This document shows positions 1 through 12,329 of a stretch of DNA of 64,000 nt, piece after piece. The notes beneath the pieces are model-generated. The model saw nothing but the letters and a program-made list of their open reading frames with translations, was not told the origin of the DNA and did not search any database. The translations under genes and the position numbers were made by a program. Origin of the DNA: Hemiscyllium ocellatum (lineage: Eukaryota). Location: contig NW_026867442.1 of NCBI RefSeq assembly GCF_020745735.1, positions 297,040 through 361,039 on the forward strand, read 5' to 3'. How positions within the stretch are numbered: the first letter of the stretch is position 1; every line of letters begins with the position of its first letter.

Positions 1-1080
1 TGCTGGCAAAGTGGGCTAGGTCGCATTGAGATATCTGGTTTGTGCGGGTGAGTTGGGTCTGTTGTATAACTGACTCTGTGACCACTTGCCTTTTGACCCC
101 CATGCTCAATCAATCTTTTGAGATGAAATATTTCGTGGCCAGAACTGTTTGGAGTTTAACATTGTTTTAAAAAAAGATGCATTTGTAATGAAGTCGATCT
201 GTTTATTCTGTATATGAAAAAGAAAGAGAATAAATCATTATTTTTAAAGATGAAATGATGGCGGAAGGTTGCATTTGACATAAAACCTGTATACTTGCTG
301 CTGCAGAATATTATATGTTCATATAGAATATAATCAGTTCAGTTGGGTGGCTTTTTGAGATGTGCCTTAAAGCAGTCTAGTGGGTGAAAGATTTCTCCAA
401 AGTATTGAGTATTGTTGGAATGGAGAACTGCCACATATATTGTGATCCGACCCCCATGGTGAAACTTTTCAAATAATGAAATGGACAAGATCACTGCCCA
501 TTCATATTCAATACCCTTTTATACATGAAATATGACCTTTGTTTTGCTTCCCACTTCCTTATCTCTATCTACTGAGGATCTGAAACCTGAATACAGACTG
601 AGGTAACTAGTTGTTGTCAGGAACAACCACTTAACCCATGCTGTTACTAACTTAAGTGGGAACAAAATGGCTTCTCAATGCAAATAATATGACATAATGG
701 CTTCTCGGTTGCAAATTGACAATTCCGTTAAAAGCTGCATAAAATAGCTTTTAACGCTGTTCGAGCTGCATAATTGACTAATCACAGTCTGCTTCAACAG
801 AGATTAGCAGACAATGCTTCCTTTACAGCATAGAAATAACTAGACTAGATGAGACATTACTGGCCAATCTAACTGACCTTCAAGTGCAGATGGCAAGACT
901 CAGTTAGTGAGGTTAGGGTGGCTTAAGTGTTGGAAAACAAAGTTGGTTCCCAGGAAATATCATTGGACCGAGTAGCTGTCAGTTAAGATTGTTTCATGAG
1001 TTAGTTGGTAATTATCTGAATGTACTATACGATAATGGCCTGTACCTTTCTTTAAGAGAAGTATAAAAATGTTTGTTTTA

Positions 1081-1930
1081 AGGGGTGTGGGTTTGCTCGC
1101 TGAGCTGTAGGTTTGATATCCAGACGTTTCATTACCTGGCTAGGTAACATCATCAGTGGCAACCTCCAAATGAAGCGAAGCTGTTGTCTCCTGCTTTCTA
1201 TTTATTTCTTCCTCCTGTATGGGGTTCCTGAGGTTTGTGGTGATGTCATTTCCTGTTCATTTTCTGAGGGTTTGATAGATGGTATCTAGATCTATGTGTA
1301 TGTTTATGGCGTTGTGGTTGGTGTGCCAGGCCTCTAGGAATTCTCTGGTATGTTTTTGCTTAGCCTGTCCCAGGATAGATGTGTTGTCCCAGTCAAAATG
1401 GAGGGTTTTTTCATCCGTGTGTAGGGCTACGAGGGAGAGAGGGTTCTGTCTTTTTGTGGCTAGCTAGTGTTCGTGTATCCTGGTGGCTAACTTTCTTCCT
1501 GTTTGTCCTATGTAGTGTTTGTGGCAGTCATTGCATGGAATTTTGTAGATGACGTTGGTTTTGTCCATGGGTTGTACTGGGTCTTTTAAGTTTGTTAGTT
1601 TTTGTTTGAGAGTGTTGGTGGGTTTGTGTGCTACTAGGATTCTGAGGGGTGATAGTAGTCTGGCTGTCATTAATGAAACTTCTTTGATATATGGTAAGGT
1701 GGTTAGGGTTTCTGGCTGTGTTTGGTCTGCTTGTCGTGGTTTGTTCTTGAGGAATCTGTGTACTGTGTATTTTTTGAATATCCGTTCTTCCTGAATACGT
1801 TGTATAGGTGGTTCTCCTCTGTTTTCTGAAGTTCGTCTGTACTGCAGTGTGTGGTGGCTCGTTGGAATAGTGTTCTGATACAACTCTCTTCCTTCTCGGG
1901 ATTGGCTTGGCAACACTTCTGAGGTTCAAG
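1081..1930 (-). mobile_element. Penelope-like retroelement, 3' part (GIY-YIG endonuclease plus tail)
   Basis: ORF 1464-1916 reads ...VIYKIPCNDCHKHYIGQTGRKLATRIHEH, the CxxC + YIG-type GIY-YIG endonuclease typical of Penelope-like elements. The tail carries a hammerhead motif at 1120-1159. Confidence 0.85.
1120..1159 (-). ncRNA. Minimal type I hammerhead ribozyme motif (family A) in the Penelope tail
   Basis: Minus strand reads CCA-CUGAUGA-U-G-UUACC-UAGCCA-GGUAA-U-GAAA-C-GUC-UGG. It has the conserved core, stem I CCA/UGG, a 5-bp stem II, the palindromic ACGU stem III region and a GUC triplet. Activity is not shown. Confidence 0.7.
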
Positions 1931-1964
1931 GGTTAAGGCATGTCATTGCGATCATCAAAAAGAA

Positions 1965-2360
1965 GCTCTTCGCTGTATCAAACCCCATGCTGACCCTGTT
2001 CTGGGAGTGTTTGACTGGGGCAGTGATGACCTGTGATGCCAAATCAAACCTATTGAAAATGCTGAAATCTGTCAGCTGTACAAAACAATGTGAACCTCAG
2101 AAGTCTCTGCTTCAGTAAAACAGACCTACTTCCTGCTCAGCTATCAGTTCCAATTTTAGGTTTTGTCACTGTTTAAAGGGACATGATTCTTAAGTTATTG
2201 AGAAAATCTCCACAAGTGTTTTCCTCAAGCTCCAATGTGGCTGTGAATTTGTGCAGCTTCCTCTGTCTGGGCTGTTCATTGTAGTCTGTTTTCTGTCGAT
2301 GTCAATCTGGAAAAGGGAATAAAGATGAAGAAGATTCAGTCTCTGTCTCGTGTGTGCTTT
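1965..2360 (+). other. Orphan inverted copy of the Ig kappa C 3' UTR with poly(A) signal
   Basis: Reverse-complement match to ~7282-7680 (e.g. gtcagctgtacaaaacaatgtgaacctcagaagtctctgcttcagtaaa). AATAAA at 2318-2323 mirrors the minus-strand AATAAA at 7318-7323. Confidence 0.8.
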
Positions 2361-2361
2361 C

Positions 2362-2640
2362 TGTGACAGAGAATTCCACAGACTCTCCACTCTCTGGGTG
2401 AAGACATTTTTCCTCATTTCTGTCCTATAGAGTTTACCTCTTAACCTTAAACTATGAGCCTGGTTCTGGACTTCCCCACCATCGGGAACATCCTTACTCC
2501 ATTTGACCTAGTCCAATTTTATAGCTTTCTCCAAGGTTCCCTTCCTTAACTGTTTTAAAGTCCAGTGAACACAATCCTCACCAACTCAACCTCTCCTTAT
2601 ACGTCAGTCCTGCCATCACAGAAATCAAATAGCATTCAGT
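2362..2640 (-). mobile_element. CR1 LINE 3' fragment
   Basis: Reverse strand encodes MRKNVFTQRVESLWNSL, the CR1 ORF2 C-terminal motif. Confidence 0.7.
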
Positions 2641-3185
2641 CATTAATATTACTCAGCCCATTGTGGAATGTTGTGGAAATTAAATTGACTCGACTCAGCT
2701 ATTAGCAAGAGCAACCAAAAAGAGCTTTATTTTTTTTTAACCTCTGCATTGCAGGGGGACCACATGTACTTGACAAAAATGCCTTGTGCAAGGTCCCTCA
2801 GCATAATTCAGATATTCGCCTTATCCTGTTTCTGATCACACTCTCAAGAACAAAGACTGTGAAGATTTGAGTTGTTATTCTTTTCATTCCCTTGTTGTGG
2901 ACAGACTGTTCTTATATTTTTCTCTTGTTGAATATTTACAAAGTTCCTCAGAGAGAAGCTGTCCCTCGACTGCAGACTTCAGCAAAGTGTCAGAAAGTTT
3001 TAATTTTAGTCAAGCACTGTCTTTCAAATTTCAGAGTAAATGTTAATTTTGTTAATTTTTCATTACATGGAACACAGACTTTGTAGGTCAGAGTTAGAAG
3101 ACAATCATTGCTGGTTCCAAAATTCAGGCTTCGGGTGCAGTAATTTCAATGGAATCATTGGATACAATCTTACAACAGCAGAAAG

Positions 3186-3315
3186 ATGGGAGGTGTAGAT
3201 GGAGGGTGCAGACAGCGGTGTAGATGGTGGGTGCAAACAGTGGGTACAGACGGTGGTGCAGACTGGGGGTCCAGACAGTAGTTGCAGATGGTGGTGTAGA
3301 CAGTAGTGTAGACAA
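3186..3315. repeat. Degenerate 12-13 bp minisatellite (gatggtggtgta / gacagtggtgca-like)
   Basis: About 10 imperfect units visible, e.g. gacagcggtgta gatggtgggtgca ... gatggtggtgta gacagtagtgta. Confidence 0.6.
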
Positions 3316-3952
3316 GAGCAAGATCTTGCGTGGTGACCACATGGGTGGCTGTGTGGAATCACACAGAGAGCAGCCAGTGAGCCTGACACAGTCAGGGACA
3401 CCCCTTGGTACTGAAGGTCATGTTGTTGCTGGCAAAGGTCGCATTTCAACTGAAACTGCACTTCCTCCCTACACACTTCCCTCTTGTCCCCACATGCCTC
3501 ACTACAACCCCTGGATTGCCAGGCAGCACGCTGTGCCCTCACTCAGTCTCCATTGACCTTGTCTCCATTAACCTTGATGCTCCTCCCAAGCACTTACTTG
3601 GGCCTTCACTGAAGCTTGAGCCATTTCCTCTGACCCTTGATCATTGATTTGCCATCTTGGAACTGTCTAACCTAGTCACCATTAACATGCACTGCCCTCT
3701 CAGCATGGAGTGTAGATTGATACAGCACAGAAAAGGCCCTTTGGCCCATTGGGTCTGCACTGGCATAACTACCACTAAAGGCACTCTAATCCCAATTTCC
3801 TGCACTTATCCCAAATCCTTGCATGTTATGATATTTAAATGTTGTAACTTTTCCAGCCTCCACTACCTTCCCTGACAGAGGGTTGTGTGTTTATAATTCA
3901 TATCACGTCATGTTCACGGAGTTTAACAAAAGCTCCCGTTCTTTAACGTGCA

Positions 3953-4285
3953 GTATGGTAGCTCAGTGGTTAGCACTGCTGACTCACAGCACCAAGGACC
4001 TGGGTTCGATTCCAGCCCGAGGTGACTGTCTTCGTGGAGTTTGCACACTCCCCCTGTGTCTGTGTGGGTTTCCTCCGTGTGCTCCAGTTCCCTCCCACAA
4101 TCCAAGATGTGCAGGTTATGTGAATTGGCCATTCTAAAATTGCCACAGTGATCAAGAATCTGTCAGTCAGGGGAAATGTTGAGTAAAAGGGTAGGGGAAT
4201 GTGTCTCAGGGAGTCTGTCTTCAGAGGGTTGGTGTTGGCTTGTTGGGCCAAATGGCCTGTTTCCTCACTGTGGAGTCTGTGACAG
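3953..4285 (+). mobile_element. HE1-type tRNA-derived SINE
   Basis: A-box-like tagctcagtggttagc and B-box-like ggttcgattcc, HE1 body gtggagtttgcac...gggtttcctcc, and CR1-like tail gggccaaatggcctgtttcc. Confidence 0.8.
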
Positions 4286-5008
4286 TCCATTCCAGATTCC
4301 CATCACCCAGAATGAAAATCTTATTTCCCAAATCTCGTTTATGATGTTCGTAATGAAACCATTCATTTTGTCTTGTCTCGTTTAGCTCTTGTGCTCCTTG
4401 TTCGATAAATGTTTTTTTTCAATAAAATATGAGCCTCTTGATGGGCCGGTAACCTTGTCCAATCGGGGAGCCCCGGCTGACAGATAAAAAGCGGAGTGTC
4501 AGAAGGACTAATACTCTGGTATCTGACTCTGAATAACAACCTGCCAACCAACCCCCTCCTTCTGTCACCCTCAATCTCCCCATGCTTACTCTTGATGCCC
4601 CTTTGATCCAGCCTGTTGCTGCCTCTGGGAGAGGTTGGCCTTCCTTCCATACCTAATGAAGAGCTTATGCCCAAAATTAATCCACTGCAATCCCTCTTGG
4701 AGCTGCAAGAATTCAACCTCACTCACTGCACTCCTCCCTGTAAGGTAATATTGCTGCATCTAGTTTAGAGCTAATTGACCATTGAAATACGACTATGGCT
4801 AGTCAGCATTGGCTGAGCAGGCAGCCACTACTGCAATGATCCCAGCTCCAGAAAGTCCCCTTGTAATTGGGGAGCACATTAGGGAGCACAGTGTGCACTG
4901 CCTCTGAAATCCCTCCCTTATTGAGAATACACTCTCAGTATTCACCTTTCTCAGCTGCCATCTCAATTTCACTGTAAATTCTGTGAACTATGATCCTGCC
5001 CCACTAGC

Positions 5009-5043
5009 TGCCTGATGAAGGAGCGGCACTCCGAAAGCTTGTA
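5009..5043 (+). ncRNA. Minimal hammerhead ribozyme motif (family B)
   Basis: UGC-CUGAUGA-A-GGAG-CGGCA-CUCC-GAAA-G-CUU-GUA: stem I UGC/GUA, stem II GGAG/CUCC, palindromic AGCU. It heads a short tail (...cctgttggactataacctggtgttgtgtgattttta). Confidence 0.6.
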
Positions 5044-5282
5044 CTTCCAAAGAAACCTGTTGGACTATAACCTGGTGTTGTGTGATTTTTAACCTTGGCC
5101 ACCTCAATGTGCTGCCATCTCAGACTGAGTTGTTTTTCTTCTGAGATTTGACAACATTAAAGCCTAATCTTCAATCCCCATCACAAAACCCATTCTGTCC
5201 CCATCACTCAGAGTCAAATACCTCAGAGACACTGACAGGCAGCACAGAGTAACACACTCACACTCATTGAGATACAGAGTTA

Positions 5283-5500
5283 ACAATCACAACACCAGGT
5301 TATAGTCTCACAGGTTTAATTGGAAGCACACTCGCTTTCGGAGCGCCACTCCATCATAAGGTGGTTGTGGAGGACACTCCCTTAATGAAGGAGTGGCGCT
5401 CCGAAAGCTCTTGTGCTTCCAATAAAACCTGTGGGACTATAATTTGGTGTTGTGTGATTTTTAACTTTGTACACCCCAGTCCAACACCTGCATCTCCAAA
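5283..5500. mobile_element. Inverted pair of family-B Penelope-tail units with degenerate hammerhead cores
   Basis: atcacaacaccaggttatagtc...ggaagc (minus copy) followed by gaaggagtggcgctccgaaagctc...ggtgttgtgtgattttta (plus copy). Confidence 0.7.
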
Positions 5501-5809
5501 TCATTTCACTGCCTACAGCCAGTCAGGCAGCACTGAGTAACATGCTCCATGTTGCCTGTCCGTGTCTCTGTGAATAACACACCCACACTCAGAGTGACAC
5601 CTCCAGCCAGCATTATGTAGTACACTCTCACTCGGAGGGACACGCAGCCTGCAGTGTCAGTGATTGGCCTCAGATTATTTCAGGTACAACACAGCATGCA
5701 GCAAAGAGTGCAGAGTGCAATCCCAGCACCTGAGGCCTGGACCACAGAGTGAAGAGGGAGTGCCAATGATTGTAATTATTGAGTCCTCACAACTTTCTGT
5801 TTCTAGGTT

Positions 5810-7090
5810 TAAAACAAGGACTGCAGATGCTGGAAACTAGAGGCGAGATCAAAGTGGTGCTAGAAAAGCACAGCAGGTCAGGCAGCATCCAAGGAATAGG
5901 AAAATCAACGTTTTGGGCAAAAGCCCTTCAGGAATAGAAGCAGGGTGCCTGCAGAGTGGAGAGATAAATAAGAGAGGGTGGGGAGAAAGTAGCATGGAGT
6001 ACAATAGGTGAATTGGGGGTGGGGATGGAGGTGATAGGTCAGAGAGGAGGGTGGAGTGGATAGGTGGAAAGGAAGATAAGCAGGTAGGACAGGTCATGAG
6101 GATGGTGCTGAGCTGGAAGTTTAGAGCTGAGGTGAGGTGGGGGAAGGGGAAATGAGGAAACTGGTGACGTCCACATTGATGCCATGGGATTGAAGTGTTT
6201 CGAGGTGGAAGATGAGGTGTTCTTCCTCCAGGCATCGGGTGGTGAGGGAGCGACGGTGGAGGAGGCCCAGGACTGCCTGTCCTTGGCAGAGTGGGAGGGG
6301 AGTTGAAATGTTGGGCCACAGGGCAGTGTCGTTGACTGGTGTGGATGTCCTGGAGATGTTCCCTAAAGCACTCTTCAAGGAGGTGTCCAGTCTCCCCAAT
6401 GTAGAGGAGACTGCATCGGGAGCAACAGATACAATAAATGATATTGGTGGATGTGCTGGTAAAAATTTGATGGATGTGGAAGGCTCCTTTGGGACCTTAG
6501 ATGGAGGTGAGGTAGGAGTTGTGGGCAGGGGTTTTGCAATTCCTGCGATGGCAGGGGAGGGTGCCAGGAAGGGAGGGTGGGTTGTTGAGGGGTGTGGACT
6601 TGACCAAGTAGTCATGGTGGAAACGGTCTTTGAGGAAAGCAGGAATGCTGGTGGTGGGGTCCATTTGCAGATGGCGGAAATGTCGTCGGATGATGTGGTT
6701 TATGCGAAGGTTGGTAGGGTGGAAGGTGAGCACCGGGGGTTTCTGTCCTTGTTACAGTTGGAGGGGTGGGGTCTGAGGGCAGAGGGGTGGGATGTGGAGA
6801 AGATGCGTTGGAGGCATCTTTGACCACATGGGAAGGGAAATTGCGGTCTCTAAAGAAGGATGCCATCTGGTGTGTTCTGTGGTGGAACTGGTCCTCCTGG
6901 GAGCAAATATGGTGGAGGCAGAGGAATTGGGGATACGGGATGGCATTTTTGCAAGAGGTAGGGTGGGAAGAGGTGGAATCCTCGGTGTTGGTGGGTTTTG
7001 TAAAATATGTCAGTGTCAAGTCGGTCATCATTAATGGAGATGGAGTGGTCCAGGAAGGAGAGGGTGGTGTCAGAGATGGTCCAGGGGTCA
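5810..7090 (-). mobile_element. Penelope-like retroelement remnant (RT C-terminus, GIY-YIG region, tail)
   Basis: Fragments TYFTKPT...SSHPTSCKNAIPYPQFLCLHHICSQEDQFHHRTHQMASFF and RRSLTTRCLEEEHLIFHLETLQSHGINVD, with frameshifts. Degenerate family-C hammerhead near 5905-5935. Confidence 0.8.
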
Positions 7091-7317
7091 TTAATGGAGA
7101 TCTATTTGGAATCCTGCAACCTCCAATGATTCCAGATCAAAGGGATCATTTGAAAGTGCTTGATAATTGGCTGTCAGTATCCTCTACAACGGATGTGTCA
7201 TTGATTGACAGGCCAATTAGCCAATTGGCTACATTTCAGCATGGCATTGTCACAATCAGCTGAATGGAGTGTTCAATCTCCAAAGCACACAGACACAGAA
7301 ACTGAATCTTCTTCATC

Positions 7318-7323
7318 TTTATT
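7318..7323 (-). terminator. Likely poly(A) signal of the Ig kappa C exon
   Basis: AATAAA on the minus strand ~510 nt after the C stop codon; the same motif is kept in the orphan UTR copy. Confidence 0.55.
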
Positions 7324-7835
7324 CCCTTTTCCAGATTGACATTGACAGAAAACAGTCAGCAATTAACAGCTCAGACAGAGGAAGCTGCACAAAGTCACAG
7401 CCACAATGGAGCTTAAGGAAAACACTTGTGGAGATTTTCTCAATAGCACGAGAATCCTGTCCCTTTAAACAGTGATAAAAACCTTAAATTGGAACTGGCG
7501 GCTGAGCAGGAAGGAGATCTGGTTTACTGAAGCAGAGACTTCTGAGGTTCACATTGTTTTGTACAGCTGACAGTCTTCAGCAACTTCAAGAGATTTTACT
7601 TGGCATCACAAATCAACTCTTTCCCAATCAAACACTCCCAGAACAGGGACAGCATGGGGTTTGACACAGCGTAAAGCTCTATCTACACTGTCCCAATGAC
7701 CTGCCTTAACCCCTGAAATTCAGAAGTGTCCCTTCGGCCAATCCTGAGAAGGATGAGAGTTGAAATTCAGTGCTGACAATGACCTTTGACCTGCCAGCTC
7801 AGCCCTGATCTGTTTAAAGTTGTGTCTCCAACACT

Positions 7836-8163
7836 CTACACACATTCTGATCTCCTGATGCTCATGCTGAGGGGAAAGGAGAGGGTCACGTGGGTGAGGG
7901 CACAGGAGAAGCGAGCGTCGGACGCCCAGTCAGACCCAGAGAGGGTCAGCAGGCTGCTGACACTGTAGGTGCTGTCCGAAGCTCGCAGGTAGTTGCTGGT
8001 CTGAACCCCGTCCGAAATGACTGCACCGTCCTTCTTCCACTGCACCTCCAGCTCATCGGGATAGAAGTGATTGGCAAGGCACACCAGGGTGGCAGTGCCC
8101 TTGGCATTGACCTGCTCCGGGAGGGGGGCAGCAGGGTCAGCTTGGGCTGAGAGTTCTCACGGC
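7836..8163 (-). pseudogene. IGKC: Ig kappa-type light-chain constant exon, frameshifted as assembled
   Basis: Acceptor ttgtctttcag|gc at 8163. Reads (S)RENSQPKLTLLPPS then, after a 1-nt slip, (P)EQVNAKGTATLVCLANHFYPDELEVQWKKDG...YSVSSLLTLSGSDWASDARFSCALTHVTLS...RRSECV*. Both C1-set cysteines, the tryptophan and the penultimate interchain Cys are present. Confidence 0.92.
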
Positions 8164-8319
8164 CTGAAAGACAAGAGAAACAATTTTAATCCCTGCCATT
8201 TGAAGGGATTTCAACTCTCAGAATATTCACTGATAAAATGTTTGAACATTTGTAGCCAAGACCTAACAAACCCCAGAAAAGAACAGGCATTGTTTAAATT
8301 GCTTCTTGGGATGTGTGTG

Positions 8320-8630
8320 TCACTGATAGGATCAGCATTTATTGCCCATCCCTAATCACCCAGAGGGCAGTTTAGAGTCAACCACATTGCTGTGGGTCTG
8401 GAGTCACATGGTAAGGATGGCAGTTTCCTTCCCTAAAGGACATCAGGGAATCAAATGGCTTTTTCCTGACAATCAACAATTGTTTCATGGTCATCATTAG
8501 ACACTTAATTGCTGACTTTTTTATTGAATTCACATTCCACCATCTGCTGCAGCAGGATTCTAACCCTGGCCCCCAGAATATTAATCTGGATCTCTGGATG
8601 AACAGCTCAGCAATAGTACCATGAAATCAT
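8320..8630 (-). mobile_element. tRNA-derived SINE (second family), mirrored at 63570-63870
   Basis: B-box-like gggttagaatcc and body cctttagggaaggaaactgccatccttacc...ccagacccacagcaatgtgg. Confidence 0.6.
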
Positions 8631-8744
8631 CACCTCCTTTATCTTATTTTTAGTTAAGCGTGAAAGCAAGACGTTTGTTTCTGAGCAAGGTGATTAGGAA
8701 AAGCACAACTGAAAGATTCCCAGTTCATCCCAAAAAAGATTAGT

Positions 8745-9490
8745 TCCTTGAAAGTGGAGTTGCAGGTAGGTAGGGGGGTGACGAAGTCATTTGGCATGCT
8801 TTCCTTTATTGGGCAATGCATTGTGTATTGGAGTTGGGAGCTGTTGCACCTGTATAGGACATCAGTTTGGCCCCTTTTGGAATACTGTGTGGAATTCTGG
8901 CCTCCCTGCTGGAGGAAAAATGTTGGGAACCTTAAAATGGTTCATAAAAGATTTCCAAGGATGCCAAGTTGGAGGGTTGGAGCGATCGGGAGAGGCTGAA
9001 TAGGCTGAGGCTATTTTCCCTGGATCGCTGGAGGCTGAGGGATGACCATATCGAGGTTTCTAACATCATGAGGGACATTGATCAAATGAATAGAGAAGAT
9101 ATTTTGGCCAGAGTGAAGGAGTCCAGAACTAGAGGGCATAGGTGGAACGTATCAGGAGAATGATTTAAATGGGAACTAATGTAGAACGTTTTCCTGCCGA
9201 GAGTGGTACATTTTTGGAATGAGCTGCTAGAGGAAGTGGTGGAGGCTGGTATGATAACATTTAAAAGGCATTTGGGTGAGTGTATGAATAGGAAGGGTTT
9301 AGAAGGATATGGGCCAAATGCTGACAAATGGGACTAGATTAATTTAGTTTATCTGGTCGGCATGGACAAGTTACACAGAAGGATCTATTTCTGTGCTGTA
9401 CATCTCTCTGACACTAAGACTCTATGTCTCTGTGGTTGACATGGATGAGTCAGATCGAAGAGTCTGTTTCCATGCTGTACATCTCCATGA
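8745..9490 (+). mobile_element. CR1 LINE ORF2 3' end and tail
   Basis: LLEYCVEFWPP, RERLNRLRLFSLDRWRLRDDHIEV motifs; tail tttctgtgctgtacatctctctgac. Confidence 0.8.
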
Positions 9491-10119
9491 CTCTAATTGT
9501 GTTTCAGTCAAGCCCTCAGCACCTCAGACTCTCCCAAAGACAGTTACACTTTGCTTGAAAACCAGTCACTGTTGCAATTTCAGGAAAGGGACAGCCAATT
9601 TCTACACAGCAAGATCCCACTGGAAGCAATGAGATCAAAGAGAATTCTTCATGATTTTGGTTCAAGGATAAATACTCTCCTGAACTCAACCCAAAGAGAA
9701 AATAATTTGGTTCAGTTGGATGGAAAATGAGAAAATGGAAGGTAAAGGAGAAGGTAGGATTGCTGGTTAGTGATGGGATTGATTGTTACCAGAAAATAAA
9801 AGGAAGGGATGGAATTTTTGAATATCAAAGGAACCATGAAAGTGCATGGAAAATCAATAGTAGTACAAACTTAAAGAGGTTGTATCTAAAAGTGCAGGGA
9901 AAATCAATAATAGATCAAACTTAAAGACTTTGTGTCTAAATGCATGAAGCATTCCAAGTCAGGGAGACAAAGTGATGCCCCAAATCGAGGTAAATTGAGT
10001 TTCCAAAGAATTTAAACTAGTTAAAGTGAAGGAGGGCTCAGGAGAGGTTAGCAAAGATTCTAGAAGATGTAATAGGACTGAGAGCATGGAAGGGATCAGG
10101 AATCAAATGTCAAGCACAG

Positions 10120-12235
10120 CAGATAAGAGAACAATGAGGAGGAGGAGGGCAGTCAATGCAGGACTGAGGGTGTTGTACTTAAATGCACACAGTGTACACA
10201 ATGAGCTTGTAGTGCAGATTGAAACAGGCAGGTACGATATTCTGGGTATCAGAGAGACATGGCTGTAAGGGGATCCGTGCTAGGAAGGAAATATCCAAGG
10301 ATCCATGTCCTATCAAAAGGACAGGCTGATGGGCAGAGGGACAAGAGTTGCCTTGTTAGTAAGAAATGACTTTAAATCAATAGCAAGAAAGATACAGTCA
10401 GAAGGTGTAGAATCTGTGTGGGGAGAGTTGAAGAACGCAAGAAATAAAGAATCTGATACAAATTATGTCCAGGTCTCCAAGCAGTAATCGGGGTGTGGGG
10501 AAGGAAATCAATCAGGAGACAGAGAAGCCATAAACAAAATGTCAGGGCAGACATCAATGGCTAAGTGGATTGGGTAGCACGTCTCAAGGAAAGAATTTCA
10601 TGGAATGGCTATGAGATGGTTTTTGAAACTGCTTGTGGTTTGGAACAGGCAGTTTTGGTTTCAGTGATGTATAATGAGGCAAATTTGATGAGTGAGCTGA
10701 AGATGAAAGTGTCCCTCTGGATAAGTGACCATAATACGATAGAATTCCCCCTGTAGTTTGAGAGGGAGAAGCTGTAATCAGGTGGAACAGTACTTCAGTA
10801 GAGTAAAGGGAACGACAAAGATGTGAGGAAGGAGCTGGCCAGAGTTGATTGGAAGGGGAGCCGAGCAGGTAAGATGGTGTGGCAGCAAACAGCAGGGTTT
10901 CTGGGGTAATTCAGGAAGCAGAGTAGGAATTCATCCCAAAAAAGAAGAAACACTCTAAGGGGAGGACAATGTAACCATGGCTGATGAGGGAGGTCAAGGA
11001 CAGCATAAAAGCAAAAGAAAAAGCACACAATGTGGTGGAAAATAGTGGGAGGCCAGAGGATTAGGAAGTCTTTAAAAACCTGTAGAGGATAACTTAAAAA
11101 AAAATTCAGGGTACAGAAGGTGAAATGTGGGGGAAAGCAAGCCAGTAATATAAAAGAAGATTGCAAGAGTTTCATCAGATATATAAAAAGGAATAGGGAG
11201 GCAGAAATAGACATTGGAAAAAGAATAATAGGAAATGAAGAAAAAGCAGAGGAATTGAATACATACATTACATCAGTCTGCACAATGGAAAACATCAGCA
11301 TTGTCCCAGTACTTCAAGACTGTCAGGGGGCCGAGGTGAGTGCAGTGGCCATCACTAAGGAGGAAGTACTGGGGAAGCTGGAAGGTTTGAATGTGGATAA
11401 CTCACCCAGACTGGATGAACTACACCCGTGTGTTCTGAAGGAGATCACTGAGGAGATTGTGGAGACATTGGTAATGCTCTTTCAGGAATCAATGGAGTCA
11501 GGGTGTGGCGATATTTTCTAAATAAGGAAAGCCTTTGGAAATCTAAAGCACAAACCTCATTCAGGATTTTCTTAAGGTTAACAGGCAGGTGCAGTTTGTG
11601 CTTGGGAAGGCAAATGAAATGTTCGCATTCATTTCAATAGGGCCAGAATACAAGGGCAGAAATGTACTGCTGAGGCTGTGTAAGGCTCTGATCAGACTGA
11701 ATTTGGAATATTGTGAACAGATTTGGGACCCATATTCTAAGAAACAATATGCTGGCATTGGAGGGGTTTACAAGAATGATCCTGGGGATGAAGGGCTTGT
11801 CATATGAAGCGTGGTTAAGGGCTCTGGGTCTGTACTCAATGGAGTTTAGAAGGATGAGGAGGGATCTTATTGAAATTGGCAGAATACAGATAGACCTGGA
11901 TAGCGTGGATGTGGAGAAGATGTTTCCAAAAACAGGAGAGACTCGCTAACCAAGGCACAGCCTTAGAACGAAGGGCCAACCCTTTAGAGCTGAGGTGAGG
12001 AGGAATTTCTTCAGCCAGAGGGTGGTGAATCTGTGGAACTCATTGTTACAGAGGACAGGGAGGCCAAGTCACTGAGTGTATTTAAGACAAAGATAGATAG
12101 GTTTGTGATTGTTAAGGGGATGGAAATTTCCTGTGGAACAGGCAGAAGAATGGGGATGAGAAGCATATCTGCCAAGGTCAAATGGCAGAGCAGATTCAAT
12201 GGGCTGAATGGCTGATTTCTGCTCCTATTTCTTAA
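10120..12235 (+). mobile_element. Decayed CR1 ORF2 (APE endonuclease to RT to 3' tail)
   Basis: LRVLYLNAHSVHN...YDILGIRETWL (APE), EEVLGKLEGLNVDNSPRLDELHPCVLKE (RT), LNLEYCEQIWDP. Mirrored at 58620-61210. Confidence 0.85.
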
Positions 12236-12329
12236 AGACTTCTGGAGAGTTTCTCCAAAACCCTGGAACACTGAACCCACTGAACACTGGACTCTGAGCC
12301 CTGCTGCAGTAGCTGTTTGTCATCAGAAC

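Noticed and set aside
1-1080. Possible LTR or gene at the window start
   Set aside because: No ORF, terminal repeat partner or recognisable motif could be supported.
4144-4893. Heptamers at 4144-4150, 4266-4272 and 4887-4893 as a KDE-like RSS downstream of C
   Set aside because: No nonamer-like sequence at 12 or 23 nt spacing for any of them.
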